A stretch of DNA of 64,000 nucleotides from Candidatus Saccharibacteria bacterium UBA5148. Lineage in GTDB: Bacteria; Patescibacteriota; Saccharimonadia; Saccharimonadales; UBA4665. Positions 1-8,483 of the stretch are shown one piece after another. The notes beneath the pieces are model-generated. The model had not been told where the DNA came from and made no database searches. It saw only the letters and a program-made list of their open reading frames with translations. The stretch covers positions 14,626-78,625 of the forward strand of contig DHXU01000009.1 of assembly GCA_002413835.1 (NCBI GenBank), in the 5' to 3' direction. The translations under genes were made by a program, and so were the position numbers. Within the stretch, counting starts at the first letter, position 1. The number at the start of each line of letters is the position of its first letter.

Positions 1-643
1 CATTATGAACTCCTGAATCCTGGTGATTGTCCAGATGCTCCTGATGGCCGTGGAAGGCCTGCTTGATCTGTTCCCGGGTATACGACACAGTCCGGTCGGT
101 GGCTACTTCCATAGCGTGGTTGGTCTCTTCGCCAAAACACAGGTAGGTGATGCTGGCGCCGGATTTGCGGGCGATGTTCAAGGCCGGTATCATGTCGGCG
201 TCCGAGCTCAGTACGATGATCTCGCGCACATTATCATGCACGGCTGCCATGACCATTTCCGAGGCCAGCCGGACATCGACGCCCTTTTCCTGCAGCACCA
301 TGGTACGGCGACCACAGTGGTAACAGGCGTTGCTTTCGTGGACTTTCAGATTACCGGCCTTCACAACCTGGATACCCTGATTGGTCAACATAGCGATCCA
401 GCGCCGGTGCGACTCCTGGATAGATGTTATTTTGTTCATCAGCAGCTCGGGAATCTCAAACTTCGGCTGCTTGATACGGGTCGTGTAGTAGGCAATGCTA
501 TCCGGTGTCTCGGGCAATGCCGCGTGGATCAGCTGCCGGATGTCCAGCTGGAACGTCTCGTCGCGGTCACTGATCATGTGCTCCTGAAATAAGACCTCAA
601 CCAGTCGGTGTCGTAGATTTTCGCCGTCGATGAATACTTTCAC
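1..643 (-). CDS. NYN/LabA-like (DUF88) domain protein; C-terminus runs off the window
   Basis: Absent from the ORF track because it stays open to the window edge. Manual minus-strand translation from GTG (643-641) gives VKVFIDGENLRHRLVEVLFQEHMISDRDETFQLD... and later ...VHDNVREIIVLSSDADMIPAL. The FIDGxNL and SxDxDxxP motifs are typical of NYN/LabA domains. The listed + ORF 23..592 is its antisense shadow. Confidence 0.55.
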   Translation of the reverse strand, partial: MKVFIDGENLRHRLVEVLFQEHMISDRDETFQLDIRQLIHAALPETPDSIAYYTTRIKQPKFEIPELLMNKITSIQESHRRWIAMLTNQGIQVVKAGNLKVHESNACYHCGRRTMVLQEKGVDVRLASEMVMAAVHDNVREIIVLSSDADMIPALNIARKSGASITYLCFGEETNHAMEVATDRTVSYTREQIKQAFHGHQEHLDNHQDSGVHN

Positions 644-744
644 GTGTGTCTCATTTCGTTAGGGTTTTATGCGAACAGGTTACCAGTCGCTATGCAGTGT
701 CACTAGGATATATTGTAGCAAGTTTTTCGAAAGTATTTTGAGTC

Positions 745-781
745 AAAAAAGCCCCGCTGAGGTCCGAGGACCAACACGGGG
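745..781 (-). terminator. Rho-independent terminator after the GNAT gene
   Basis: On the minus strand, a CCCCG...CGGGG stem (752-756 / 777-781) with an inner GGTC/GACC pairing is followed by TTTTTT (750-745). It lies 50 nt downstream of the stop at 834. Confidence 0.55.
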
Positions 782-833
782 TGTATTTCGTATTGTACGA
801 CTTACACCCCTGTTTGTCAATGTGGTTATCAAC

Positions 834-1280
834 TTATACTAATTCTTTCTGCATCGGGAGGTGGCGAAGGCCGCGGAGCTCGAACTCCGGGCCGCAGACA
901 CTATACCCGACTCGCTCATACAAACTTCTAGCGTCGATCCGGGCGTTTAATATGATAGCTTCCGCCCCGACATGCTGCGCCAAAGATTCCATGTACCACA
1001 GGATTTGTTGTCCATATCCGCGGCCACGATACTCCGGGTCAGTTGCCATGTACCGAACCTGCAATAGCGTTGGGTCTGCTAGTGTTTGATTCAAGCGGCC
1101 GGTAGCAACCAGCCGTTCGTCAACAAAAACTGCGCCGTGAACTGTTCCTTCCGAATAGTCCAGGTCGTCGTGTTCTAAGCCTTTCGGTTCTCCGAGTGGT
1201 GCGCGCAATACTTTCCAGCGTAAATCAAAGACCTGGGACATTTCCTCTGCTGTTGGTACGCGAACTATCGCTTCTGCCAT
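834..1280 (-). CDS. GNAT family N-acetyltransferase
   Basis: ORF 834..1439 is trimmed to the internal Met (MAEAIVRV) at 1280, because the upstream part overlaps the dnaK 3' end. It carries the acetyl-CoA-site-like motif YRGRGYGQQIL and has a GNAT-sized body. It starts 1 nt after the dnaK stop. Confidence 0.7.
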   Translation of the reverse strand: MAEAIVRVPTAEEMSQVFDLRWKVLRAPLGEPKGLEHDDLDYSEGTVHGAVFVDERLVATGRLNQTLADPTLLQVRYMATDPEYRGRGYGQQILWYMESLAQHVGAEAIILNARIDARSLYERVGYSVCGPEFELRGLRHLPMQKELV

Positions 1281-1281
1281 G

Positions 1282-3228
1282 TTATTTCTTGTCGTCGACG
1301 ACTTCGCCTTCGACGGGGCCTTCTTCGGTCTTATTGTCTGTGCGCTTAGCAGTCGATTCGCCGTCTGCTTCTGCGGCACCATCTTCGCTGGCACCTTCAG
1401 TCGGAGCATCTTTGCTGGCCTGCTCGTACATCTTGGCACCGATCGGCATCAGTTTGTCGTTGAGCTCTTTGGCGGCCTTCTCGAGCTCTTCCTTGCTGGC
1501 CTTGTCATCTTTGACGACCTTCTGGGCGGCTTCTACGGCTTCGTCGAGGGTTTTCTTGTCTTCGTCGCTGATCTTGTCGCCATTGTCTCTCTTCAGCTTC
1601 TCAGCCTGGTAGACGGCGCTGTCCAGCAGATTCCGGGCTTCGACGGCGTCTTTGCGCTGTTTGTCCTCTTCGGCATGAGTTTCGGCTTCTTTGGCCATCT
1701 TTTCGACTTCAGTCTTGTCGAGGTTACCACTGCCGGAGATAGTGATGCTCTGCTCCTTGCCGGTGCCCTTGTCTTTGGCAGCGACGTGCAAGATACCGTT
1801 GGCGTCGATATTGAAGGTAACTTCGACCTGCGGGACGCCGCGAGGGGCTGGCGGGATGCCATCAAGTATGAAGCGGCCGAGCGACTTGTTACCGTCGATC
1901 ATATCGCGCTCACCCTGGGCAACGTGGATTTCTACCTGGTTCTGGTTGTCGGCAGCCGTCGAGAAAACTTCAGACTTAGAAGTTGGGATGGTCGTGTTGC
2001 GCTCAATCAGCTTTGTCATGACACCACCCATGGTCTCAATACCGAGGCTCAATGGAGTCACGTCAAGAAGCAGGACGTCTTTGACGTCACCCTGCAGGAC
2101 ACCGCCCTGGATGGCGGCACCGACAGCGACGACTTCGTCAGGGTTCACACCCTTCATCGGGTCTTTGCCGAAGATTTTCTTGACCTGTTCCTGGACAGCT
2201 GGCATGCGGGTCATACCACCGACCAGGACGATGGCTTCGATGTCGCTGGCCTGCAGGCCAGCATCTTTCAGGGCTTTAATACAAGGATCAGCCGTCTTGC
2301 TGATCAGGTCGCCGACCAGGCTTTCCAGCTTGGCACGCGTCAACTTGTGTTCGAAGTGCTTCGGACCGTCAGCGTCAGCGGTCAGGAATGGCAGGTTGAC
2401 GTTAACTTCCTGGGCGGATGAGAGTTCGATCTTGGCCTTTTCAGCTTCGTCGCGCAGACGTTGCATAGCGGCTTTGTCATTCGATATGTCGAGTCCGCTG
2501 TCTTTCTTGAACTCATCGACGAAATAGTTCACCAGTACGCGGTCAAAGTCGGCGCCGCCGAGGTGGGTGTCGCCGTTGGTAGATTTCACTTCAAAGACAC
2601 CATCGCCAAGTTCCAGGATGGATACATCAAACGTACCACCACCGAGGTCGTAGACAGCGATTTTCTCGTCTTTTTTGTCGCCCTTATCAAGGCCGTAGGC
2701 CAGAGCGGCGGCAGTTGGTTCGTTGATGATGCGCTTAACCTCGAGGCCGGCGATCTTACCAGCGTCCTTAGTCGCCTGGCGCTGTGAGTCGTCGAAGTAA
2801 GCCGGTACGGTGATAACAGCTTCAGTAACCGGGCCGCCGAGGAAGCTTTCAGCGTCAGCCTTCAGCTTGCCGAGGATCATGGCGCTGATTTCCTCTGGGC
2901 TGTATTCCTTGTCGGCCATCTTTACCTTGACACCATTGCCGGATTTGACGATTTCGTAGCCCATCAGCTTGAGGTCGCGCTGGACTTCTTTGTCGCTGAA
3001 GTTGCGGCCGATCAGACGTTTGACTTCATAAATCGTATTTTTAGAGTTAGTAACCTGCTGGCGGCGGGCCACCTGACCAACCAGGCGTTCGCCGTTTTTA
3101 TTGACAGCAACAACAGATGGGGTAGTGCGAGCGCCTTCAGAGTTAGCGATAATCTCCGGCTTGCCGGACTGCATGACGGCCATTGCCGAGTTGGTTGTAC
3201 CGAGGTCGATTCCGATGATCTTACCCAT
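1282..3228 (-). CDS. dnaK: Molecular chaperone DnaK (Hsp70)
   Basis: 648 aa with Hsp70 signatures [19 protein letters not shown] and [10 protein letters not shown]. An AAGGAG RBS lies upstream of the ATG. Confidence 0.98.
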   Translation of the reverse strand: MGKIIGIDLGTTNSAMAVMQSGKPEIIANSEGARTTPSVVAVNKNGERLVGQVARRQQVTNSKNTIYEVKRLIGRNFSDKEVQRDLKLMGYEIVKSGNGVKVKMADKEYSPEEISAMILGKLKADAESFLGGPVTEAVITVPAYFDDSQRQATKDAGKIAGLEVKRIINEPTAAALAYGLDKGDKKDEKIAVYDLGGGTFDVSILELGDGVFEVKSTNGDTHLGGADFDRVLVNYFVDEFKKDSGLDISNDKAAMQRLRDEAEKAKIELSSAQEVNVNLPFLTADADGPKHFEHKLTRAKLESLVGDLISKTADPCIKALKDAGLQASDIEAIVLVGGMTRMPAVQEQVKKIFGKDPMKGVNPDEVVAVGAAIQGGVLQGDVKDVLLLDVTPLSLGIETMGGVMTKLIERNTTIPTSKSEVFSTAADNQNQVEIHVAQGERDMIDGNKSLGRFILDGIPPAPRGVPQVEVTFNIDANGILHVAAKDKGTGKEQSITISGSGNLDKTEVEKMAKEAETHAEEDKQRKDAVEARNLLDSAVYQAEKLKRDNGDKISDEDKKTLDEAVEAAQKVVKDDKASKEELEKAAKELNDKLMPIGAKMYEQASKDAPTEGASEDGAAEADGESTAKRTDNKTEEGPVEGEVVDDKK

Positions 3229-3292
3229 AGTATTGGTTCTCCTTTGAATATATTACTTAGCAAGTAGCATACGTGAGTGCTAGAACTATTTT

Positions 3293-3321
3293 ATCATAAA
3301 TAATTGGCACTCAATAGTCAA
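3293..3321 (-). promoter_or_regulatory. Sigma-70-like promoter of dnaK (TTGACT-17-TATGAT) embedded in CIRCE
   Basis: Read on the minus strand, the -35 TTGACT (3321-3316) lies in the CIRCE spacer, followed by a 17-nt spacer and the -10 TATGAT (3298-3293). Confidence 0.55.
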
Positions 3322-3330
3322 GAGTGCCAA
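3304..3330 (-). promoter_or_regulatory. CIRCE-like HrcA operator upstream of dnaK
   Basis: Perfect inverted repeat TTGGCACTC-N9-GAGTGCCAA. Each arm differs by one base from the CIRCE consensus TTAGCACTC-N9-GAGTGCTAA. Confidence 0.8.
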
Positions 3331-3509
3331 TCTCTTTTGTCCGGTCAATTGGTCGGTAAATAGTATGGCTACTGATAGCCTGGGAAAACATAATGCATAC
3401 CTGCCATGCCGACAGGGACAAAGTCACCGTTTGCACGGTGCCTTAAAAACCAACCCGGTGGCTTATGCCAAACAATACGCGGACGAGCAAAAGCTAAGAG
3501 CCAGCCAGC

Positions 3510-3998
3510 CTAGCGGGCCGAATGTACTTGCCCGGATGCTAACCGAAACAAAAATAATTGCGAGAAGTTTGCGAGACAGGGTGTTGCAGAAAACCTGACA
3601 GCAATACCAAAGGTTTGGGCTATAAGCCCGAGACGCCTTGAGCGTGCTGGAGTCGTCGTAAACGCCAAGATTTCCAGAAGCACAGTCGCATGTATCTCTG
3701 AAATCATGTGGGTACCCGTCGTGTCATACCACGCCATGATTGCGGTGTCAGTCGCCAGCGTGGCGCTCGTCCGCCAGTACGTGCGAGCGTAGTACCAGTG
3801 ATTCTGAACACCCGCGACGGTAGTATTGTTCCACTCGAGCGTCGCAAACGGGTTGGTCGCCATCGAGTAAGCCGCTGCTCCGCTGCGAACAGTGGTAGTT
3901 GAGATCCCGACCGTGCCCGATATCGCATTGAACTCAGCCGACGGAAAACTCGCGGCACTGAACTGTAACTCGGCGCCCGCTGTGGCTAGCCGCGCCAT
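3510..3998 (-). CDS. Hypothetical protein, possibly a decayed jelly-roll-like fragment
   Basis: 162-aa ORF whose ATG overlaps the upstream stop (TAATG coupling at 3996-4000). The first ~100 aa look protein-like (WYYARTYWRTSATLATDTAIMAWYD). The last ~55 aa look like random read-through. Confidence 0.3.
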   Translation of the reverse strand: MARLATAGAELQFSAASFPSAEFNAISGTVGISTTTVRSGAAAYSMATNPFATLEWNNTTVAGVQNHWYYARTYWRTSATLATDTAIMAWYDTTGTHMISEIHATVLLEILAFTTTPARSRRLGLIAQTFGIAVRFSATPCLANFSQLFLFRLASGQVHSAR

Positions 3999-5221
3999 TA
4001 GTTGGCATATCCTGGTGAGACGTAGTGGTAGCCGGCGACACCGACACCTCCCGTAGTGTTGCCAAGAACGAAATCGCCGCCAGGGGGCGTGCCCTGCTTC
4101 AGTCCACCCGTGATTTTCAGAGCGCTACTGTTGGTGTTGGGGAAGGTGTAAGTATTAGCGCCAGCGTTCCAAACTCCCTTGCAACCAGCGGGCTGATCGG
4201 TATCGGGCCATATACTGTTTATTGAAAGCGTGCCGTTCGGTTCAGCCGCCCAGTCATTGGTTAAGCTGACGCCCCCGGTCGTGCATTCCGGCGGGCCGCC
4301 AGTGATCCACCACGTGTATTTGTCGCCAATATTACCGGTGTGCGGGTTGTTGAGCGCGTAGATGTCAACATTGCGAATGTCGTATGAAGGCTCGGTGCCG
4401 GGACCAAAAGTCCCTGCGGTGTAGTCCGGGTCTATGTTCATCCCCTGACAGTCGCTCGAGCCAGTCAGTCCATCGATCTTGACGGCCGAGTTGGGGATTC
4501 CATAGAACTGGATGATGTCGGCGTGATTGGTGTCACCCGGATCGCATCCGTCTATCCTGTCGATACGAATGTTTTCCAGAGTGATGTTCGTCTGATTGGG
4601 ACTTGGCAGCGCGTATGCGTCAATCCCGTCTCCTGTGTAAGAGGCTGCAGTGTTCGCCAGCGGACTCGTCTGATTCTTGATCCAAACGCCTTCGATGAAA
4701 ACCATGCCTCCCGTGCCGCTCTCACGTGCTACCTGGATGCCCATGCAGGCAGTGACCGCTGCCGTGCAGCTCGGGGTGAAGTCGATCTCTCCGCCGATGA
4801 TTTGGACGTTGTGGCCGCCATTGATTGTGATGCCCCCGACGAGCGATCCCGATGCGGGAAGGTGGATGCGATAGTCGACGTTGGGACTGAGCGATGGAGT
4901 TTGGTGCGAACCCGTGTTCGTGAGGGTAAGATCGATGCAGGTGTCGCCGTCCGCGCCCCCGCACACCGGCGGCGCCCATGAGAGCAGGGTTGTGCCCGAT
5001 CCAAACTTCACAGACTGGCCGCCGCTGGCTGTCGAGTCAGTTTGGAGGGTGGCACCACCAGTTAACGTACCACTCTCGGCTTCGAATGCGCCGCTAGGGG
5101 TAGCGGCATGAGAATATAAGTGTACTGCGGTTCCGGTTGTGGCCACTGTCAGAACGACCAGGGCCGCAATTAATAGCTGGCGCCGGTTCGGCGGTTGGTT
5201 ACTTATATACTGCTTAATCAT
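3998..5221 (-). CDS. Secreted protein with N-terminal anchor, EAExG module and probable parallel beta-helix body
   Basis: 407 aa. It has a hydrophobic N-terminal helix (LLIAALVVLTVATTGTAV), the module FEAESGTLTGGATLQTDSTASGGQSVKFGSG, then G/N/T-rich repeats (GGITINGGHNVQIIGGEIDF, ITLENIRIDRIDG) typical of pectin-lyase-fold proteins. Confidence 0.6.
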   Translation of the reverse strand: MIKQYISNQPPNRRQLLIAALVVLTVATTGTAVHLYSHAATPSGAFEAESGTLTGGATLQTDSTASGGQSVKFGSGTTLLSWAPPVCGGADGDTCIDLTLTNTGSHQTPSLSPNVDYRIHLPASGSLVGGITINGGHNVQIIGGEIDFTPSCTAAVTACMGIQVARESGTGGMVFIEGVWIKNQTSPLANTAASYTGDGIDAYALPSPNQTNITLENIRIDRIDGCDPGDTNHADIIQFYGIPNSAVKIDGLTGSSDCQGMNIDPDYTAGTFGPGTEPSYDIRNVDIYALNNPHTGNIGDKYTWWITGGPPECTTGGVSLTNDWAAEPNGTLSINSIWPDTDQPAGCKGVWNAGANTYTFPNTNSSALKITGGLKQGTPPGGDFVLGNTTGGVGVAGYHYVSPGYAN

Positions 5222-5304
5222 AGGTTATAACTTATTAAAAGTATACATTGTGCGCCGGTTCGGTGGCAAGTTGCACTCTTGTCCAAGCTAGTTGTGGATG
5301 CCCA

Positions 5305-5793
5305 CTATTGCGTCGTAACTTTTACCATGGCATGGCGGATAACTTCGTTACCAATCTTATAGCCGGCCTGGAGTTCATCACTGACAACTTCCTGGGTACC
5401 TTCGGTTTCGTCCATAGCTACAGCTTCGTGGTAGGTCGGATCAAAGGCTTCGCCGACGGTTTTGATACGTTCGACACCAATATCACTCAGTGATTTCTCG
5501 AATTGTTTGACGACACCCTGGACGCCTTTAATGTAATCGTTTCCTTCAAGCTCATTCGGCACATGCCTCAGGGCGCGCTCAAAGTTATCAATGACCGGCA
5601 GTAGATCCCGGACGACATTGGCCTTGACCATGGTGCGCATCCCGGCAATCTGCTCGTCATGGCGGCGGCGAATGTTGATAGCGTCGGCCCGCTCACGCTG
5701 CAGGGCTTCAGTCAGGTCAGATAGCTGCTGTTGCAGAGTCAGAATCTCTTCATTCGGTTGCTCATCATTGGTTATGTGGTGCTTGCTAGGCAT
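5305..5793 (-). CDS. grpE: Nucleotide exchange factor GrpE
   Basis: GrpE-like sequence (LLPVIDNFERAL, GEAFDPTYHEAV). The start is set at the internal ATG 5793, which has a GAGGAGG RBS 6 nt upstream. The track start at 5823 is less likely. Confidence 0.9.
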   Translation of the reverse strand: MPSKHHITNDEQPNEEILTLQQQLSDLTEALQRERADAINIRRRHDEQIAGMRTMVKANVVRDLLPVIDNFERALRHVPNELEGNDYIKGVQGVVKQFEKSLSDIGVERIKTVGEAFDPTYHEAVAMDETEGTQEVVSDELQAGYKIGNEVIRHAMVKVTTQ

Positions 5794-6496
5794 AGAGAAC
5801 CTCCTCGAGCTCTTCGCCGGCATGGCGCACTAAGTTCATAACTTCTTTATAACTCTGGCGGGTCGGGCCGAGCGTGCCGATATAACTGCGGTCGCTGAAC
5901 GGGCTGCGGAAGCGACTGATAACCAGGCTGCAGCCGGCAGTCCGGCCGATTGGGTTTTCACGGCCGATATAGACACTGAGCGGCTGATTGGGAGCAGCTT
6001 CGCGGAGCCATGGCTGCAGGTTATCGAGCAGACTGGCGACAGCCTGGACCTGGCCGGCCTGAATAAATTCCGGCTGTCCGAACAGATTTGATAAACCGCT
6101 CATGTAGAGCTGGTTGCCGATAGTAGCGATGCCAAGGTTATGGGTCAGCTCGACCAGCGTATCAACAGCGCTGCGGATAGTCTGCTCCGGCATACCCCCG
6201 GATTGTACACGGGCACTGAGCGCCCGTTCACCACGTCGGGGCGTCTGGATAACACCGGGCGTGTCATCGGTCAGCCGATTGACATAGAGCCGGTAACCTT
6301 TGTCCGTCGGAACCCGGCCGGCACTAGTATGCGGTTGCGCGATATAACCGCCGCGTTCCAGTTCGGCCATCTCGGCACGGACAGTAGCCGACGATACATG
6401 AAAGGCCTTGGCAAGGAGGTTACTGCCAACCGGACTGGCGACTTCGGCGTATTGTTCGATGATAGCTGATAATATCTGCTCTTGGCGTTCGGTCAT
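5786..6496 (-). CDS. hrcA: Heat-inducible transcription repressor HrcA (short, 236 aa)
   Basis: N-terminal winged helix MTERQEQILSAIIEQYAEVASPVGSNLLAKAFHVSSATVRAEMAELERGGYIAQPHTSAGRVPTDKGYRLYV. It is followed by grpE and preceded by a perfect CIRCE. Confidence 0.88.
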   Translation of the reverse strand: MTERQEQILSAIIEQYAEVASPVGSNLLAKAFHVSSATVRAEMAELERGGYIAQPHTSAGRVPTDKGYRLYVNRLTDDTPGVIQTPRRGERALSARVQSGGMPEQTIRSAVDTLVELTHNLGIATIGNQLYMSGLSNLFGQPEFIQAGQVQAVASLLDNLQPWLREAAPNQPLSVYIGRENPIGRTAGCSLVISRFRSPFSDRSYIGTLGPTRQSYKEVMNLVRHAGEELEEVLYA

Positions 6497-6521
6497 GGTT
6501 TGTAATCCAATCTATAGCCAT

Positions 6522-6551
6522 AGTATAGCCGGCTTAGCACTCTGTCGTCAA
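6522..6551 (-). promoter_or_regulatory. Sigma-70-like promoter of hrcA (TTGACG-18-TATACT) embedded in CIRCE
   Basis: On the minus strand, the -35 TTGACG (6551-6546) lies in the CIRCE spacer and the -10 TATACT is at 6527-6522. The ATG follows 25 nt downstream. Confidence 0.5.
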
Positions 6552-6560
6552 GAGTGCTAA
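6534..6560 (-). promoter_or_regulatory. CIRCE operator (consensus) upstream of hrcA
   Basis: TTAGCACTC-TGTCGTCAA-GAGTGCTAA, an exact match to the CIRCE consensus arms. Confidence 0.9.
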
Positions 6561-6585
6561 GCCGAACGCAGGCTCCGTGTCATCG

Positions 6586-6627
6586 CTCATAAGAACAGAC
6601 CGGCTGCTGCCGGTCTGTTCTTATGAG
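6586..6627 (-). terminator. Long hairpin downstream of the Ig/dockerin gene
   Basis: 19-bp perfect stem CTCATAAGAACAGACCGGC / GCCGGTCTGTTCTTATGAG with a 4-nt loop, 19 nt after the stop at 6646. No clear U-tract follows. Confidence 0.5.
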
Positions 6628-6645
6628 CTTACTTCGAAGCGTCTG

Positions 6646-8178
6646 TTACCAGGTCCAGTTGAGTGGAGAAATCAGTATTGCCATGTCGGCTGCACCGACA
6701 GTGCCATCGTGGTTGAAGTCAGCAGGAGCGTAGTTCTGGCCGTCATGGGAGATGAGCGAGGATAGATCGATGGCGTTGACGCGTCCATCACCGTTGACAT
6801 CCCCGTTACCTACCGTGGTAGAAGTCAGCGTCACACTGACAGCACCTGAGGTAGTCACAAGATTAGCCGCATCGTAGGCTTTGGCTGTCAGGCTATGAGC
6901 GCCGGCTACAAGACCGGTGGTAGCCCAGCTGTAAGCATATGGAGTGGCCGTATCTGTCGACTTCAGTGCACCGTCGACATAGAACTCGACTTTGGTTACT
7001 GCAACGTTGTCAGCGGCATTGGCAGTAATGTTCACGGCTGTGCCGACCGCAGTTGAGCTGCCGTTTGCTGGAGCGCTGATTGAGACAGTTGGAGCAGTCC
7101 CGTCCGTGACCGTGACGCCGACATTGGGCGAGGACGTGGAATTACCAGCGGCGTCGTAAGCTTTGGCTGTCAATGCATGCGCACCAAGAGTGCTTGCACC
7201 CGTTGTTACCCAGTTGTAGGTGTATGGTGATGTCGTGTCGGTACCCATCAAGGCCGTACCGGAGTAGAATTCAACTTTCGTAACTCCGACATTGTCGGTG
7301 GCAGTCGCAGCGAGCGCAACCGTACCACCGGTTGCGACACTTGTCGGACTGGCCGTGAAGGCTGAGATCGTTGGAGGCGTCGTGTCGGTATTACTTACGG
7401 TCACGCTGACCGCAGTACTTGTCCCGGCATTGCCCACTGTATCTGTAGCTCTGGCTGTAAGCGTATGCGTGCCATTTGTGGCCGTCGTAGTGTTCCAAAT
7501 GTAGCTGTAAGCAGAGGTGGTGTCGGTTGCAACGACGACGTTGTCGATAAGGAATTCTACCTTGGCAACACCGGAAGCGTCTGTCGCCGTAGCGCTTATA
7601 GTAACCGATCCAGTGACTGTAGTGCCAGCTGTTGGCGAACCGATCGATACGGACGGCGCAGTAATATCAGTGGACGCACAGTTATCACCAGTACCAGTAG
7701 GGACACAGGAGGTATCAACCAGCAGCAGGACACGGTCGAGCTGAACGTCTGCTTCTTTACCGGTGTAGATGAGCGTATGCGCTCCAGCCGTCAACGTAAC
7801 GTTGATAGTTGAAGTCGTCGTAGCATCCTGATAATTGACCCAGGTCCAGGCTCCAGCCGGGATAGCGGTAGAATCGCCAACGTTATAGGCACAAGCACCG
7901 GCGTCGGTCTGGAAGTAGTAGGAATTTGCGGTCGTGTTAGGCGCCTTGATGCGGCTCCATACCCGGTATGTGCCGGCAGTTACCACGTTTATAGTCTGCT
8001 TGACCTGGCCGTAGGTGGTCGGTGGTGCAGTCGCCAAACAGGCAGCCGAAGCCGTGCCGGTGAATGGATTATAGCGTGCAGGAGCATACGAAAGAAGTCC
8101 TCCCATCAACACAAGGCTGAGCACGAATAAAGGCAATGTTTGTATCTTGATTGACCGGTGTTTGAACAGTGTTTTCAT
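6646..8178 (-). CDS. Secreted protein: CBM-like jelly-roll, three Ig-like repeats and a C-terminal dockerin
   Basis: 510 aa with a signal anchor. It has three repeats of ~95 aa (VAKVEFLIDN.., VTKVEFYSGT.., VTKVEFYVDGA..) ending AHxLTAKAYDAA. The C-terminus GDVNGDGRVNAIDLSSLI ... DFNHDGTVGAADMAILI matches the duplicated type I dockerin calcium-binding repeat. Confidence 0.75.
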   Translation of the reverse strand: MKTLFKHRSIKIQTLPLFVLSLVLMGGLLSYAPARYNPFTGTASAACLATAPPTTYGQVKQTINVVTAGTYRVWSRIKAPNTTANSYYFQTDAGACAYNVGDSTAIPAGAWTWVNYQDATTTSTINVTLTAGAHTLIYTGKEADVQLDRVLLLVDTSCVPTGTGDNCASTDITAPSVSIGSPTAGTTVTGSVTISATATDASGVAKVEFLIDNVVVATDTTSAYSYIWNTTTATNGTHTLTARATDTVGNAGTSTAVSVTVSNTDTTPPTISAFTASPTSVATGGTVALAATATDNVGVTKVEFYSGTALMGTDTTSPYTYNWVTTGASTLGAHALTAKAYDAAGNSTSSPNVGVTVTDGTAPTVSISAPANGSSTAVGTAVNITANAADNVAVTKVEFYVDGALKSTDTATPYAYSWATTGLVAGAHSLTAKAYDAANLVTTSGAVSVTLTSTTVGNGDVNGDGRVNAIDLSSLISHDGQNYAPADFNHDGTVGAADMAILISPLNWTW

Positions 8179-8311
8179 ATTTTCGTTATTATCTGGTTAT
8201 GTTTATTGTATATGCTTTCAGTATTACTGATTTTTTTGATAATGCAAGTGCGTACTTTTACCATTTCGTATTCTGGCAGCCAACAATGCAGAGCGTAGCA
8301 GTAGTACTGCC

Positions 8312-8467
8312 TCAGAGCTGGGAGTGGACCTGGCGTAATATATCACCGGCAACTCTTTTCGCCGCATCCTGCGCTTCCTCGCTAAGCTCGCTCCGTTCGA
8401 CGATCGCCTGTATGTCTTCTACACATTGCGCAACATTATTATTTACAACAAATCTAAAATACGGCAT
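8312..8467 (-). CDS. Small hypothetical protein (51 aa from the internal Met)
   Basis: ORF 8312..8506 is trimmed to MPYFRFVVNNN... so that it does not overlap the cmk-like gene. It has a weak RBS and no recognisable domain. Confidence 0.3.
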   Translation of the reverse strand: MPYFRFVVNNNVAQCVEDIQAIVERSELSEEAQDAAKRVAGDILRQVHSQL

Positions 8468-8483
8468 TGCCGATTCTCGGTAG

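Noticed and set aside
23-592. 189-aa + strand ORF at the window start
   Set aside because: Its sequence is low-complexity and unconvincing. The opposite strand gives a clean NYN/LabA-like protein across the same region, so this ORF is treated as an antisense shadow.
781-1089. 102-aa + ORF overlapping the GNAT gene and its terminator
   Set aside because: It starts inside the terminator hairpin, is antisense to a GNAT gene with recognisable motifs, and has no domain features.
1196-2787. Several long + strand ORFs (1196..1612, 1279..2421, 1691..2527, 2461..2787)
   Set aside because: They all lie antisense to the unambiguous dnaK gene. Their translations are repetitive (L/S/F/V-rich) mirror-frame artefacts.
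3365-3598. 77-aa + ORF upstream of the dnaK CIRCE
   Set aside because: It has no RBS, odd composition, and overlaps the 3' end of the minus-strand ORF. It is probably non-coding spacer or decayed DNA.
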